Shown here: positions 17,904 to 26,624 of the stretch, one piece after another
How the letters are laid out: every line of letters starts with the position of its first letter
Numbering within the stretch: position 1 is the first letter of the stretch
Assembly: GCA_050740235.1 (NCBI GenBank)
Contig: JBOIDB010000072.1
Location: 972-64,971, forward strand
DNA length: 64,000 bases
Direction: 5' to 3'
Source of the DNA: Gammaproteobacteria bacterium
GTDB lineage: Bacteria; Pseudomonadota; Gammaproteobacteria; Steroidobacterales; JACDCP01
Position numbers and translations under genes: made by a program
The notes under the pieces: model-generated
Databases searched by the model: none
What the model was told of the DNA's origin: nothing
What the model saw: only the letters and a program-made list of their open reading frames with translations

Positions 17904-20413
17904 TCCGTCCGCAAATGCTCGGCCGGCGGGCCCTGCGCGAGAACGAAGGCGGGGCGCAGGCCGGCGAGCAACGCGGCGGCGAGCGCCAGCGCAGCGCCCT
18001 GCCAGATCGGCGCGGGCGACAGCTCGAATGCCATGCTCCAGCCGAAGGCGCGCTCGTTGATGACGCGTACGAGAATCCACGCGAGCGCGATGCCGAGCGG
18101 CAGCGCGACAGCCGCAGCCGACAGGCCGAGCAGCGCGGTCTGCGCGAGGACATGCCGGCGCACCTCGGCGGGCGTGAAGCCGACGGCTCTGAGCACGGCA
18201 ACTTCGGGACGGCGCTCGAGCGAGAGCGCCTGCAGCGCACTGTAAATGCCGAGCAACGCGATGCAGCCGGCGAGCAGTCGCAGCACGCCGGTCACCGTGA
18301 ACGTGCGCTCGAAAATCTCCAGCGACGCGGCGCGGATTTCCCGGTTCGAAGCCAGGCGTAAGCCCGGCATTTGCGATTGCACGTTCGCCAGCGCCGAGCG
18401 CACCTCCGCCGCCGCTGCATTCGGCGCCAGATACACGGCGATGCCCGACAGCGCCCGATCGGAAAAATGGGCGCGATAGGTATCGAGCGCCAGCGCAACG
18501 ACACCTTGATCCGTGGTGTAGTCGACGAACACGCCTGCAACCGGCCAGGCACGCGCACCGTCGATTCCGGGCAGCGTCAGCCGATCGCCCACCGCAGTGC
18601 CGTGGCGCCGCGCGAAAGGCTCCGACACGAGCACCCCGTCGCCCGCCTCGAATCGCGCCCACGCCGATGCGGCATCTCCGGCAATGATTCGCGGCTGCCA
18701 GCCGGTCGTTCCCGCATCGATGCCCCAGACGCGCAGCTCGCCCCCGTCGGTCGGAACGCGCGTCCGGCGCGTCCGGCTCACGCTTCGCACTCCGGGCAGC
18801 GATGCGACGCGCGCGGCAAGCGAATCATCAAGTGCCTTGCGCGAGCCCTCTTCGGCGCTGATATAAAAATCCGCGCGCAAGGTCGTCTCCAGCCATTCGG
18901 ACACGCTCGCGCGAAAACTCTCGATCATGACACCGATGCCGATCACCGTCGCCACGGCCACGGCGAGCGCGGCCGTCGCCACGCCGGTGCGGCTCAATCC
19001 GGAAACGACGCTGCGCGCTGCGAAACGGCCCGTCAAGCCGATCCGCCGGCCGAAGAGCCGAACGATGCCGGCCATGAGCAGCATCGTCGCGGCGGGTGTC
19101 GCCAGAGCAACAGCCGCGATGACGCAGAACAATCCGAAAAACGCACCGGTCAGCGACCGGCCGGAGAACTGGAACGCGGCCAGTGCGGACAACCCGAACG
19201 CGGCCGAAAGCAGCAATAGCCGCGGCAAACGCGCCCGCGCGCTTGCTTCCGACGCGACGCGACTCCACACGGCGCGGGGCGGTGAGGCGGCCGCTTCGCG
19301 CGCCGGCGCGAATGCGGCGAGCAGCGAAATGCCGAGGCCGAGGGCGCAGCCTGTTGCCAGCACGCCGGCATCCAGCCAGAGCGGTGCATAGCCCACTTCG
19401 AAGTAAAGATCCTCGATGGTGCGCGTCACGAGCGCGACCAGGCCGCTGCCGAGCAGCGTGCCGAGCGCGAGCCCGGCCAGCGTGCCGGCCAACGCGATGA
19501 CGGCTGTCTCGCTCAACACGAGGCGAAACAGCTCGCCGCGGCTGACGCCGATCGCACGGAGCAGACCGAACAGGCGACGCCGCTGCACCACGAGAAACGA
19601 CATCGTGCTGTAGATCAGGAATGCGCCGACCAGAAGCGCGAGCAGCGACAAAGCCGTCAGGTTGGTGCGGAACGCGCGTGTCATTTCCACCAGCGCGCGA
19701 CTGCGCGCGGGCGACGACACGAGCGACGCACTGCCGAGGTTCACATCGGCGAGCGTCTCGGCCTCGCGCGCGCCGAGGATGAGATCGATGCGGCTGAGCT
19801 GGCCTGCCAGTCCCAGCAGCTCCTGCACGGTGGTGATGTCGGCGAGCACGAGATCGCCCGCCAGTCGCGCGCGCGCGGGATCGGGTGTGACGATGCCGAC
19901 GACTGTCACGGCAACCGTCTCGCCGCCGATGCGCAGGTGCAGCTTGTCACCGAACGCCGCCGAAAGACGTTCCGCCAGCGGCCGGGGAAGAAGGACGGTG
20001 CGCGGCTCGACGAGCAGGCGAATCATCGACGCACGGTCATCCGTGCCCGGCGCCATGAGATCCCGAAACGGCGCCTCGGCGAATGGATCGAGGCCGAGCA
20101 AAGTCACCGGCGCGTCGGGCAACTCTGCGATTCGGACCTGGCCTTCGACGACGGGCGCGGCTCGATCGATTCCGAGGTCGATGCTCAGACGCGTGTACAG
20201 CGCCTCCGGAATCCGGCCGCCCGTGCCGACGATCTCATGCGTCGCGTTGCCCGCGACGAGCGCTACCGAGTGCGTGAAGGCGCGTTCGGCGCTGACGCCG
20301 GCCAGCTCGACACCGACCACGACCGCCACGCCGGCAGCGATGCCCGCGAGCGCCAGCCCGAGCTGCCCGGGATGACGCAGCAGAAAGCGCCGGCTGGACC
20401 GCGCGATCAGCAC
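17900..20413 (-). CDS. ABC transporter permease, double FtsX-domain type
   Basis: 837 aa with two blocks of TM helices, as in MacB/FtsX-like permeases. GTG 20413 overlaps the ATPase stop (GTGCTGA). The track ORF to 20704 is an over-extension. Confidence 0.8.
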   Translation of the reverse strand: MLIARSSRRFLLRHPGQLGLALAGIAAGVAVVVGVELAGVSAERAFTHSVALVAGNATHEIVGTGGRIPEALYTRLSIDLGIDRAAPVVEGQVRIAELPDAPVTLLGLDPFAEAPFRDLMAPGTDDRASMIRLLVEPRTVLLPRPLAERLSAAFGDKLHLRIGGETVAVTVVGIVTPDPARARLAGDLVLADITTVQELLGLAGQLSRIDLILGAREAETLADVNLGSASLVSSPARSRALVEMTRAFRTNLTALSLLALLVGAFLIYSTMSFLVVQRRRLFGLLRAIGVSRGELFRLVLSETAVIALAGTLAGLALGTLLGSGLVALVTRTIEDLYFEVGYAPLWLDAGVLATGCALGLGISLLAAFAPAREAAASPPRAVWSRVASEASARARLPRLLLLSAAFGLSALAAFQFSGRSLTGAFFGLFCVIAAVALATPAATMLLMAGIVRLFGRRIGLTGRFAARSVVSGLSRTGVATAALAVAVATVIGIGVMIESFRASVSEWLETTLRADFYISAEEGSRKALDDSLAARVASLPGVRSVSRTRRTRVPTDGGELRVWGIDAGTTGWQPRIIAGDAASAWARFEAGDGVLVSEPFARRHGTAVGDRLTLPGIDGARAWPVAGVFVDYTTDQGVVALALDTYRAHFSDRALSGIAVYLAPNAAAAEVRSALANVQSQMPGLRLASNREIRAASLEIFERTFTVTGVLRLLAGCIALLGIYSALQALSLERRPEVAVLRAVGFTPAEVRRHVLAQTALLGLSAAAVALPLGIALAWILVRVINERAFGWSMAFELSPAPIWQGAALALAAALLAGLRPAFVLAQGPPAEHLRTE

Positions 20414-21072
20414 GCGGTCAGGCGCCCCTGGTCGATTCGATATCGCCGATCGAACCGCGCCGCCTGTTCCAGGCTGTGCGTCGCGATGATCAACGTGCTG
20501 CCCGAATCGCGGCACATGCGCGCGATCAGATTCAGCACGATCTCGGCGGTATCGGCATCCAGATTGCCGGTCGGCTCGTCTGCGAGCAGCAAAGCCGGCC
20601 CATGAACGAGCGCGCGCGCCACGGCCACTCGCTGCTGCTCGCCGCCGGAAAGCATTTCGGGAAAACTCGCCGCGCGATCTCCGAGACCGATTGCGTCCAG
20701 CCATTTCCCTGCGCGGTCGCCCGCGTTTTCAACGCCGGCATTGCCGAGCTCGAGCGGCAGGCGCAGGTTTTCCTCGATCGTCAAGGTCGGTATGAGGTTG
20801 AAGAACTGGAACACGAAGCCGATGCGTTCGCGTCTGAGCAGCGCGCGGCCGGTCTCGTCGAGCCCGCGCAGACTGGTGCCGGAGATGACGATGTCTCCGG
20901 CGCTCGGCTCGTCCAGCGCGCCGATGAGATTGAGCAGCGTGGACTTGCCCGAGCCGCTGCGGCCGACAATCGCGACCGCCTCGCCGGCATCGACCCGCAG
21001 GTCGATCCCCGAGAGGACCGGATGCCGCTGCCCGGACTCTTCATAGTGCTTGTGAACGCCGCGCAACTCCAC
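20407..21072 (-). CDS. ABC transporter ATP-binding protein (LolD/MacB-type)
   Basis: Walker A GRSGSGKST, signature LSGGEQQR, Walker B LLLADEPT. GTG start. Confidence 0.9.
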   Translation of the reverse strand: MELRGVHKHYEESGQRHPVLSGIDLRVDAGEAVAIVGRSGSGKSTLLNLIGALDEPSAGDIVISGTSLRGLDETGRALLRRERIGFVFQFFNLIPTLTIEENLRLPLELGNAGVENAGDRAGKWLDAIGLGDRAASFPEMLSGGEQQRVAVARALVHGPALLLADEPTGNLDADTAEIVLNLIARMCRDSGSTLIIATHSLEQAARFDRRYRIDQGRLTAC

Positions 21073-21230
21073 AGCCGCGGCGCGGGACGCAGCTCTCAGA
21101 ATCGCCTCACTGCCGCGAGGCGCGTGAAATCCCGTTCATCCGGCCATTGCAGCAGACCCGGCAGGGCACGGCAAATCCGTCAACCTGGTGCCCTGTAACA
21201 GCCGGTCGCGTCTTCCGAAGGCGCCCGATA

Positions 21231-22556
21231 TTACGGTGACCCGTTCTGCCGGCCGATCCAGTCGAAGAGGAGCTCGAAGTAGCCTTCGACGGTGCGGCCT
21301 GCGAGATGCCCTGCCCCTTCGTCCGTCCCGACGGCGATCATGCCGTGCTCGGCGTCCGGGAACACGGAGATGTCGATCGGCAGACCCCGCTCTTCGAGCT
21401 TGCGCAACCGGCCGAGCGTCGACTCGTGCGGCGCTTCGGTGTCGCGGCCCGCGAGTATCCAGAGCTGCGGCACCGTTAGCCCGGCGATCACCGGCAACGG
21501 GTCGTAAGCAAGGTCATACGGGAAATCGAACAACGCCCGCGCTTCGTCCATGCGCTCCGCAGGCGTCGAAGCCAGCACGCTCGTGAAATCGCCCCCCAGA
21601 TGCTCGAACCACGGTTCGTCCCGCCAGGCGGCCTTCAGGCTTTCGAGCTCCCGCAGCCCGTCGTCGAAGCGCGAGAGCATGACGCGCGCGGCCGCCCGGT
21701 GGATTTCGTCGCCGATTGCGAGCACGTCCGCGCCGCAGCCGTGTGCGCGCAGGCTTTGCGCGACCTCCTGGCGGTCCTCCTCCAGCATGCTGATCGCGAG
21801 ACCATAGCTCACCACGACGAAATCGACCGGCTCGTCCGCGACGGCAAGTTTCCTGGCGGCCAGGGGCGCCACCCATCCGCCCTGGCTCTCGCCCATCAGC
21901 CCCAGGGGCATGCGGGTCGCTTCGGTTTGCGCGCGCACGGCGCGAACGGCCGCCACCATGTCATCGGCGAGCGTGCCGATATCGATGGTGTAGCCGCCGG
22001 ACGAACGGCCCGTGCCGCGCTTGTCGAAGACGAAGACGGCGATGTCCTTCAAGGGCAGGAGGTATTGGACGTAGTTGTTGACGACCGCCGATTCCCGACC
22101 GCTGCCGTATTGCAACACGACGACGGCGCGAGGCTCTCGCCGGACGGGCATCACGAGCTCACCGTAGAACGTCGAGCCGCCGCTTTCGAATTCGATCGGC
22201 CGAATCGGTAGCGGGACCTTGCCGCCTTCGAGCCCGGGCGAACCTTCGCGGCTGAAGCGAACGGCGCCTTCGTCGCAGGCGCCGAACCTGACACGGACGG
22301 TCATCGGCTCGCGCACCGACCAGCCTTCGCCGGATTCATATCGGCCGGGCGCGACGGGAAAGAGCTTGCCGGAGCGTCCGTTCAGGAAGCGATAGCGCAG
22401 GTTGGGCGCGTCGCTCGGCTCAATCAGCAGGTGCGAGCCGTCCGACATGGTGTAGGCGCCCGCATGGCATGCGCCGGGCGGCGCCGGTTCATGAGCGAAC
22501 GCGTGCAGCGGGAATGCGGCGAGGGTGAGCAGCAGCGGAATATAGCGAGTCATCAA
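21231..22556 (-). CDS. Secreted alpha/beta hydrolase (peptidase S9 / dienelactone-hydrolase-like)
   Basis: Signal peptide MMTRYIPLLLTLAAFPLHAFA. Nucleophile elbow GESQGGW. Confidence 0.75.
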   Translation of the reverse strand: MMTRYIPLLLTLAAFPLHAFAHEPAPPGACHAGAYTMSDGSHLLIEPSDAPNLRYRFLNGRSGKLFPVAPGRYESGEGWSVREPMTVRVRFGACDEGAVRFSREGSPGLEGGKVPLPIRPIEFESGGSTFYGELVMPVRREPRAVVVLQYGSGRESAVVNNYVQYLLPLKDIAVFVFDKRGTGRSSGGYTIDIGTLADDMVAAVRAVRAQTEATRMPLGLMGESQGGWVAPLAARKLAVADEPVDFVVVSYGLAISMLEEDRQEVAQSLRAHGCGADVLAIGDEIHRAAARVMLSRFDDGLRELESLKAAWRDEPWFEHLGGDFTSVLASTPAERMDEARALFDFPYDLAYDPLPVIAGLTVPQLWILAGRDTEAPHESTLGRLRKLEERGLPIDISVFPDAEHGMIAVGTDEGAGHLAGRTVEGYFELLFDWIGRQNGSP

Positions 22557-22709
22557 CCTGTTCCGTTCGGTGAATGCAATGGGCGGCCGTGGCAGCGTCC
22601 CGATCGCCCGTGGGAGGGTTCAAGCCGGGAGGAAAAGTGGTGTGCGCCGGCGAGATTCGGCCCTGGAGCGATTTCGCCGGTAGCCGGTCCGGAAGCCGGA
22701 CCGGCCCGA

Positions 22710-22937
22710 TCAGCCGCGCTCGAGATCCTCGAACTGGCGCTTCAGATCGAAGTTGCGATCGGTGACGATCCTTTCCAGCACCTGGATGCGGTGCTCGAGG
22801 TCGTCGATGCGTCTGAGGTTCGCATCGGTCTCGGGCGTGGCCTTGCGCGAATGGGCTCTCTGCCGGTCACGGTGCTTGATGAGGCTGGCCACGGTGATGA
22901 TGAATACCAGTATCAGTACGAACTCGAATGCATTCAC
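22710..22937 (-). CDS. Small single-TM protein with a PspC-C-terminus-like / PspB-like coiled coil
   Basis: GTG start. TM FEFVLILVFIITVASLI. RRIDDLEHRIQVLERIVTDRNFDLKRQFEDLE closely parallels the C-terminus of the neighbouring PspC (FRDMEARLRRMERYVTSPRYKLDEEFRDLE). Confidence 0.6.
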   Translation of the reverse strand: MNAFEFVLILVFIITVASLIKHRDRQRAHSRKATPETDANLRRIDDLEHRIQVLERIVTDRNFDLKRQFEDLERG

Positions 22938-22949
22938 TGTCAGCGCTCC

Positions 22950-23360
22950 TCAAGGCCGGTCTTCGAGATCTCTGAACTCCTCGTCGAGCTTGTAGCGCGG
23001 CGAGGTGACATAGCGTTCCATGCGGCGCAGGCGGGCTTCCATGTCGCGGAATTTATAGCGCACATTGGAGAGCGTGTCCTGCGGCGAGAAGCGGACCGAC
23101 TGTGCAAAACGCGCATCCCGATCCGGATGCTCGAGCACTTCAGGCTTGCGAGGCAGAATCACGCACAGGCCGAAGTAGATGAGCAACACGCCGGGCATGA
23201 AAAAGATCAGCGCCACCGCGGCCGCAATACGCGTGATGCTCCGGTCGAAGCCGAAGTACTCGGCGATGCCGGCGCAGACGCCGCAGATCATGCCGTTTTT
23301 CGAATCCCGATACAGCCGGCGCGGCAACAGCGCCTCGTCGTACTCGTCTCGCATGCTCAT
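22950..23360 (-). CDS. pspC: Envelope stress response membrane protein PspC (full length)
   Basis: PspC domain LYRDSKNGMICGVCAGIAEYFG plus the C-terminal leucine-zipper-like MERYVTS motif. The start overlaps the upstream stop (ATGA). Confidence 0.85.
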   Translation of the reverse strand: MSMRDEYDEALLPRRLYRDSKNGMICGVCAGIAEYFGFDRSITRIAAAVALIFFMPGVLLIYFGLCVILPRKPEVLEHPDRDARFAQSVRFSPQDTLSNVRYKFRDMEARLRRMERYVTSPRYKLDEEFRDLEDRP

Positions 23361-23647
23361 CTCCCGCTCGCCTGGCGGCTGTCGTGCCGCCAGAACTCGT
23401 ACTCATCCGTCGACCCACGGTACCGAAGCGGCCGATCCCTCAGCAACAACCCGGCGGTAATGTATACGACGAGCGTCGGCAGGAACCAGAAGATCAACAG
23501 GGCACCCGCCGCCACTCGCACGGCGATAATGGGCCACTCGAAGTAATCGGCGAGTCCGGCGCACACGCCCATCAGGATTCCGTTCTCCTGATCGCGGTAC
23601 AGGCGCTTCAGGAATTCGCTGATGCGGTACCACGGTTCGGTGCTCAT
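23357..23647 (-). CDS. PspC-domain membrane protein (N-terminal domain only)
   Basis: LYRDQENGILMGVCAGLADYFEW plus a TM helix. ATG 23647 overlaps the pspB stop (ATGA). It lacks the C-terminal MERYVTS region. Confidence 0.8.
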   Translation of the reverse strand: MSTEPWYRISEFLKRLYRDQENGILMGVCAGLADYFEWPIIAVRVAAGALLIFWFLPTLVVYITAGLLLRDRPLRYRGSTDEYEFWRHDSRQASGR

Positions 23648-23862
23648 GTCTTCTTCCTCCAGTCGGGCACTTTGTCGTCGAGAATCGTCTCCAGCGTGTT
23701 GATCCGGCTCTCCATCCGCTGCGCGCTTTCCCAGATATCCTCCAGCATCTTCTCGTCTTCGCTGGTGAACGAGCGGGTCGCCTTCCATTTGGTGACGTAA
23801 TGCAGGATGACGGCCAGCGGCAGGACGAGGCTTACAAAAACGATACCGATGACTTCACTCAT
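23644..23862 (-). CDS. pspB: Phage shock protein B
   Basis: 72 aa. An N-terminal TM helix, then ...SEDEKMLEDIWESAQRMESRINTLETILDDKVPDWR, the classic PspB layout. Confidence 0.85.
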   Translation of the reverse strand: MSEVIGIVFVSLVLPLAVILHYVTKWKATRSFTSEDEKMLEDIWESAQRMESRINTLETILDDKVPDWRKKT

Positions 23863-23886
23863 TGTTGTTCCCCGTCCGCGTGAAGT

Positions 23887-24564
23887 TTACTGGGCTGCAG
23901 AAGTCTTCTTGGCAACCCTCGCCTTCAGCGCCGACAGCTCCTTCTCGACGGCTTCCTCGGACTCGAGGCTCACGAACTGCTGGCGCAGGTCCTTCTTGAG
24001 TCCGAGGTCGTAGGCTTCCACGCGGCCTTCCACGTCCTCCATCTTGCGCTCGAACTGCTCGAAGCGGACCAGCGCGTCCTCGATCTTGTAGTCGTGGATC
24101 TTCTTGCGCACTTCCAGGCGGTGGTTCGCCGTGCGATGACGTGCGAGCAGCGCCTTCTGCCGCGACTTCGCGTCGGCCAGCTTCTCCTCGAGACGGGCGA
24201 TGTCGTCATTGAGCTTGCTCAAGCCGTCGTCGATCGACTCGTACTGGCTGCGCAGCGATTCGGCGTGCGCGGCGACCCGCCCTTTCTCGATCAGCGCCGA
24301 CTTGGCCAGGTCGTCCCGACCCTTGCCGATCGCAAGCTCGGCCTTCCGCTGCCAGTCGGACTCCTCGCGCTCGACGGCGCCGAGCCGGCGATTGAGCTCC
24401 TTCTTGTCGGCGATCGCCCGCGCGGCGGTCGAGCGGACCTCGACCAGCGTGTCCTCCATCTCCTGGATCATGAGCCGGACGATCTTCTCCGGGTCCTCGG
24501 CCTTGTCGAGAATGGCGTTGATGTTCGAGTTCACGATGTCGCTGAATCTGGAAAAAATGCCCAT
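23887..24564 (-). CDS. pspA: Phage shock protein A (PspA/IM30 family)
   Basis: ATG 24564 preceded by GCAGGAG. MGIFSRFSDIVNSNINAILDKAEDPEKIVRLMIQEMEDTLVEVR is the PspA N-terminus. The track ORF to 24663 is an over-extension. Confidence 0.95.
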   Translation of the reverse strand: MGIFSRFSDIVNSNINAILDKAEDPEKIVRLMIQEMEDTLVEVRSTAARAIADKKELNRRLGAVEREESDWQRKAELAIGKGRDDLAKSALIEKGRVAAHAESLRSQYESIDDGLSKLNDDIARLEEKLADAKSRQKALLARHRTANHRLEVRKKIHDYKIEDALVRFEQFERKMEDVEGRVEAYDLGLKKDLRQQFVSLESEEAVEKELSALKARVAKKTSAAQ

Positions 24565-24646
24565 GCTCCTGCACCTCGTTCGGATAACACATGACAGATG
24601 ACGACAACTCAATTGCGGTGGTCTGCATCGGTCCTGGCTCCCTGAT

Positions 24647-24662
24647 AGCAGCTTTTGTGCCA
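24647..24662 (-). promoter_or_regulatory. Sigma-54 (-24/-12) promoter of the psp operon
   Basis: The minus strand reads TGGCACAAAAGCTGCT, matching TGGCAC-N5-TTGCW at GG/GC spacing. It lies ~85 nt upstream of the pspA ATG. The divergent gene is the sigma-54 activator PspF. Confidence 0.75.
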
Positions 24663-24795
24663 AGCGCTGGTCGCTTCAATAAGCTATTGAATGTAAAAGA
24701 TTTATCGGTATCGCGCCGAAATTCCTGGTACCAAAATCTCGGCTTCTCTGGTCAATTATTGACTGTTTACACTACTTTATAGTTACAATTCTCAA

Positions 24796-25890
24796 ATGGA
24801 AGCGCAACGCCCCGAGGCCACGCCGATCATCGGTCAGGCACCCGCCTTTCTGGAGGCGCTCGAGCACGTTTCGCGCGCCGCGCCACTTGCCAAGCCCGTG
24901 CTCGTCATCGGCGAGCGCGGCACCGGCAAGGAACTCTTTTCCGCTCGCCTGCACTACCTGTCCACGCGGTGGGAACAGCCGCTGGTGAAGCTGAACTGCG
25001 CCGCACTCACCGAGAGCATTCTCGAATCGGAACTGTTCGGTCACGAAGCCGGCGCATTCACCGGCGCGACGCGCGACCACGTCGGTCGCTTCGAGCGCGC
25101 CGACGGCGGCACGCTGATCCTCGACGAGCTGGCGACCGTTCCGCTGCGCATGCAGGAGAAGATTCTGCGCGTCATCGAGTACGGTGAGTTCGAGCGTGTC
25201 GGCGGCAGCAAGACGATTCGCGTGGACGTGCGCATAGTCGGCTCGACCAATGCCGATTTGCCTTCGCTGGCGGACGAAGGCGCGTTCCGCGAGGACTTGC
25301 TCGACCGGCTCGCGTTCGACGTCATCGTCGCGCCGCCGTTGCGCGCGCGCCGGGATGACATTCTCGAGCTGGCGCAGCATTTCGCCGTCAACATGACCAG
25401 CGAGCTGCAGCGCTCGTACTTTCCGGGATTCACGCTGCGCGCGGCCTCGACGCTGCTGAGCTATCACTGGCCCGGCAACGTGCGCGAGCTCAAGAACGCG
25501 GTCGAGCGTTCCGTCTACCGCCTGACGAAGCCCGACGTGCGCATCGACCGCATCCACTTCGATCCGTTCGATTCGCCGTTCATACCGAAACGCAAGCCGT
25601 CTGCCGCGCCGGCGTCTGAAACTCCGGCGGGTCCCGCGAGATCGCCCACTTTTGACGGCGACCTTCCCGCAGCTTCAGATCCGCTGTTGCCGTGCGATCT
25701 GAAGCAGGAGCTGGCGGACCTCGAGATCGAGTACATCCGTCACGCGATGGACGAATGCCGCTTCAACCAGCGCGTGGCGGCGGAAGCGCTGGGTCTCACC
25801 TATCATCAGCTGCGCGCGTGCCTGCGCAAGCACAATCTGCTCGCCGAAGTAGGGCGGGCGCGCAACAGCCCGGACGCCCCGGCCGCTTGA
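24796..25890 (+). CDS. pspF: Sigma-54-dependent transcriptional activator PspF (no receiver domain)
   Basis: AAA+ domain starts near the N-terminus (VLVIGERGTGKELFA-like GERGTGKELFS). GAFTGA loop (HEAGAFTGA). C-terminal HTH (FNQRVAAEALGLTYHQLR). Divergent from pspA. Confidence 0.9.
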   Translation: MEAQRPEATPIIGQAPAFLEALEHVSRAAPLAKPVLVIGERGTGKELFSARLHYLSTRWEQPLVKLNCAALTESILESELFGHEAGAFTGATRDHVGRFERADGGTLILDELATVPLRMQEKILRVIEYGEFERVGGSKTIRVDVRIVGSTNADLPSLADEGAFREDLLDRLAFDVIVAPPLRARRDDILELAQHFAVNMTSELQRSYFPGFTLRAASTLLSYHWPGNVRELKNAVERSVYRLTKPDVRIDRIHFDPFDSPFIPKRKPSAAPASETPAGPARSPTFDGDLPAASDPLLPCDLKQELADLEIEYIRHAMDECRFNQRVAAEALGLTYHQLRACLRKHNLLAEVGRARNSPDAPAA

Positions 25891-25918
25891 TCCGGTGAGC
25901 GACCGAAACCGGCGGGGC

Positions 25919-26575
25919 TCAGGCCGGTTCGTCGGATTCGTCGTTCACGCGGGTGTCTATCGCGATCCAGTTGACTTCCCAGGTCTTGCCGCCGTCATCC
26001 GAGAATGCCTGTTCGAATCGGGCAGAAGTCGGCGTGATGTCGGAGATGATGAATCGAACGAGGATCGCTCGACCGTTGAGCATTTCCTGCCCGTAGAATT
26101 CGCCGCGTCCATCCTCGAACGCGCCGATCACAGGAGGGCTCAAGGTACCGGTCCTGAGGCTCGAGAAATTGAGGCTCCACTGGCGGGCTTCGGGATTGTA
26201 AAGACGCAGGCTCAGCCCTTCGATGCGGCCTGACGGGCCTTCGACATCGAGCTCGACCAGATTGGCGCGGCCGTTCAACACCTTTCGGACGACGGACGTG
26301 CCTTCGTATTCGACCCACGTCCTGGAGCCGGTCAGGGGATTCTGGAGGCGCTTCAGGTGAGTCTTCCAGGTACCGAACTCGAAATCGAAATCGTGTTGCC
26401 CGTCGCGAGCCTCGGAAGCTTGCGATGGAGAGGATTTCGACGTGTCCGAATTCGTCTGAGCGGGCCCCGGAACGGGTAGCAAGGTGACGATCAGGCTGCA
26501 TAGCAGGCGGCAAATTCTCGAATGTTCGAGCACGTCCATCACGGGTTCCTCACGATTCGTCTGAACGCCTGTCAA
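25919..26575 (-). CDS. Hypothetical exported protein
   Basis: Hydrophobic N-terminus (CRLLCSLIVTLLPVPGPAQT); the start may be the internal ATG at 26539. The rest looks beta-rich (FDFEFGTWKTHLKRL...). No family recognised with confidence. Confidence 0.55.
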   Translation of the reverse strand: MTGVQTNREEPVMDVLEHSRICRLLCSLIVTLLPVPGPAQTNSDTSKSSPSQASEARDGQHDFDFEFGTWKTHLKRLQNPLTGSRTWVEYEGTSVVRKVLNGRANLVELDVEGPSGRIEGLSLRLYNPEARQWSLNFSSLRTGTLSPPVIGAFEDGRGEFYGQEMLNGRAILVRFIISDITPTSARFEQAFSDDGGKTWEVNWIAIDTRVNDESDEPA

Positions 26576-26624
26576 TATCAGAGCAACCGGTCATGTAGCC
26601 ATCGCCAATTGGTATATTGGTGCA

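Noticed and set aside
24759-24789. Sigma-70 promoter for pspF (TTGACT ... TATAGT/TACAAT)
   Set aside because: The -35/-10 spacings are 13 or 19 nt, and the -10 candidates sit only 6-12 nt from the ATG. This is not convincing enough to annotate.
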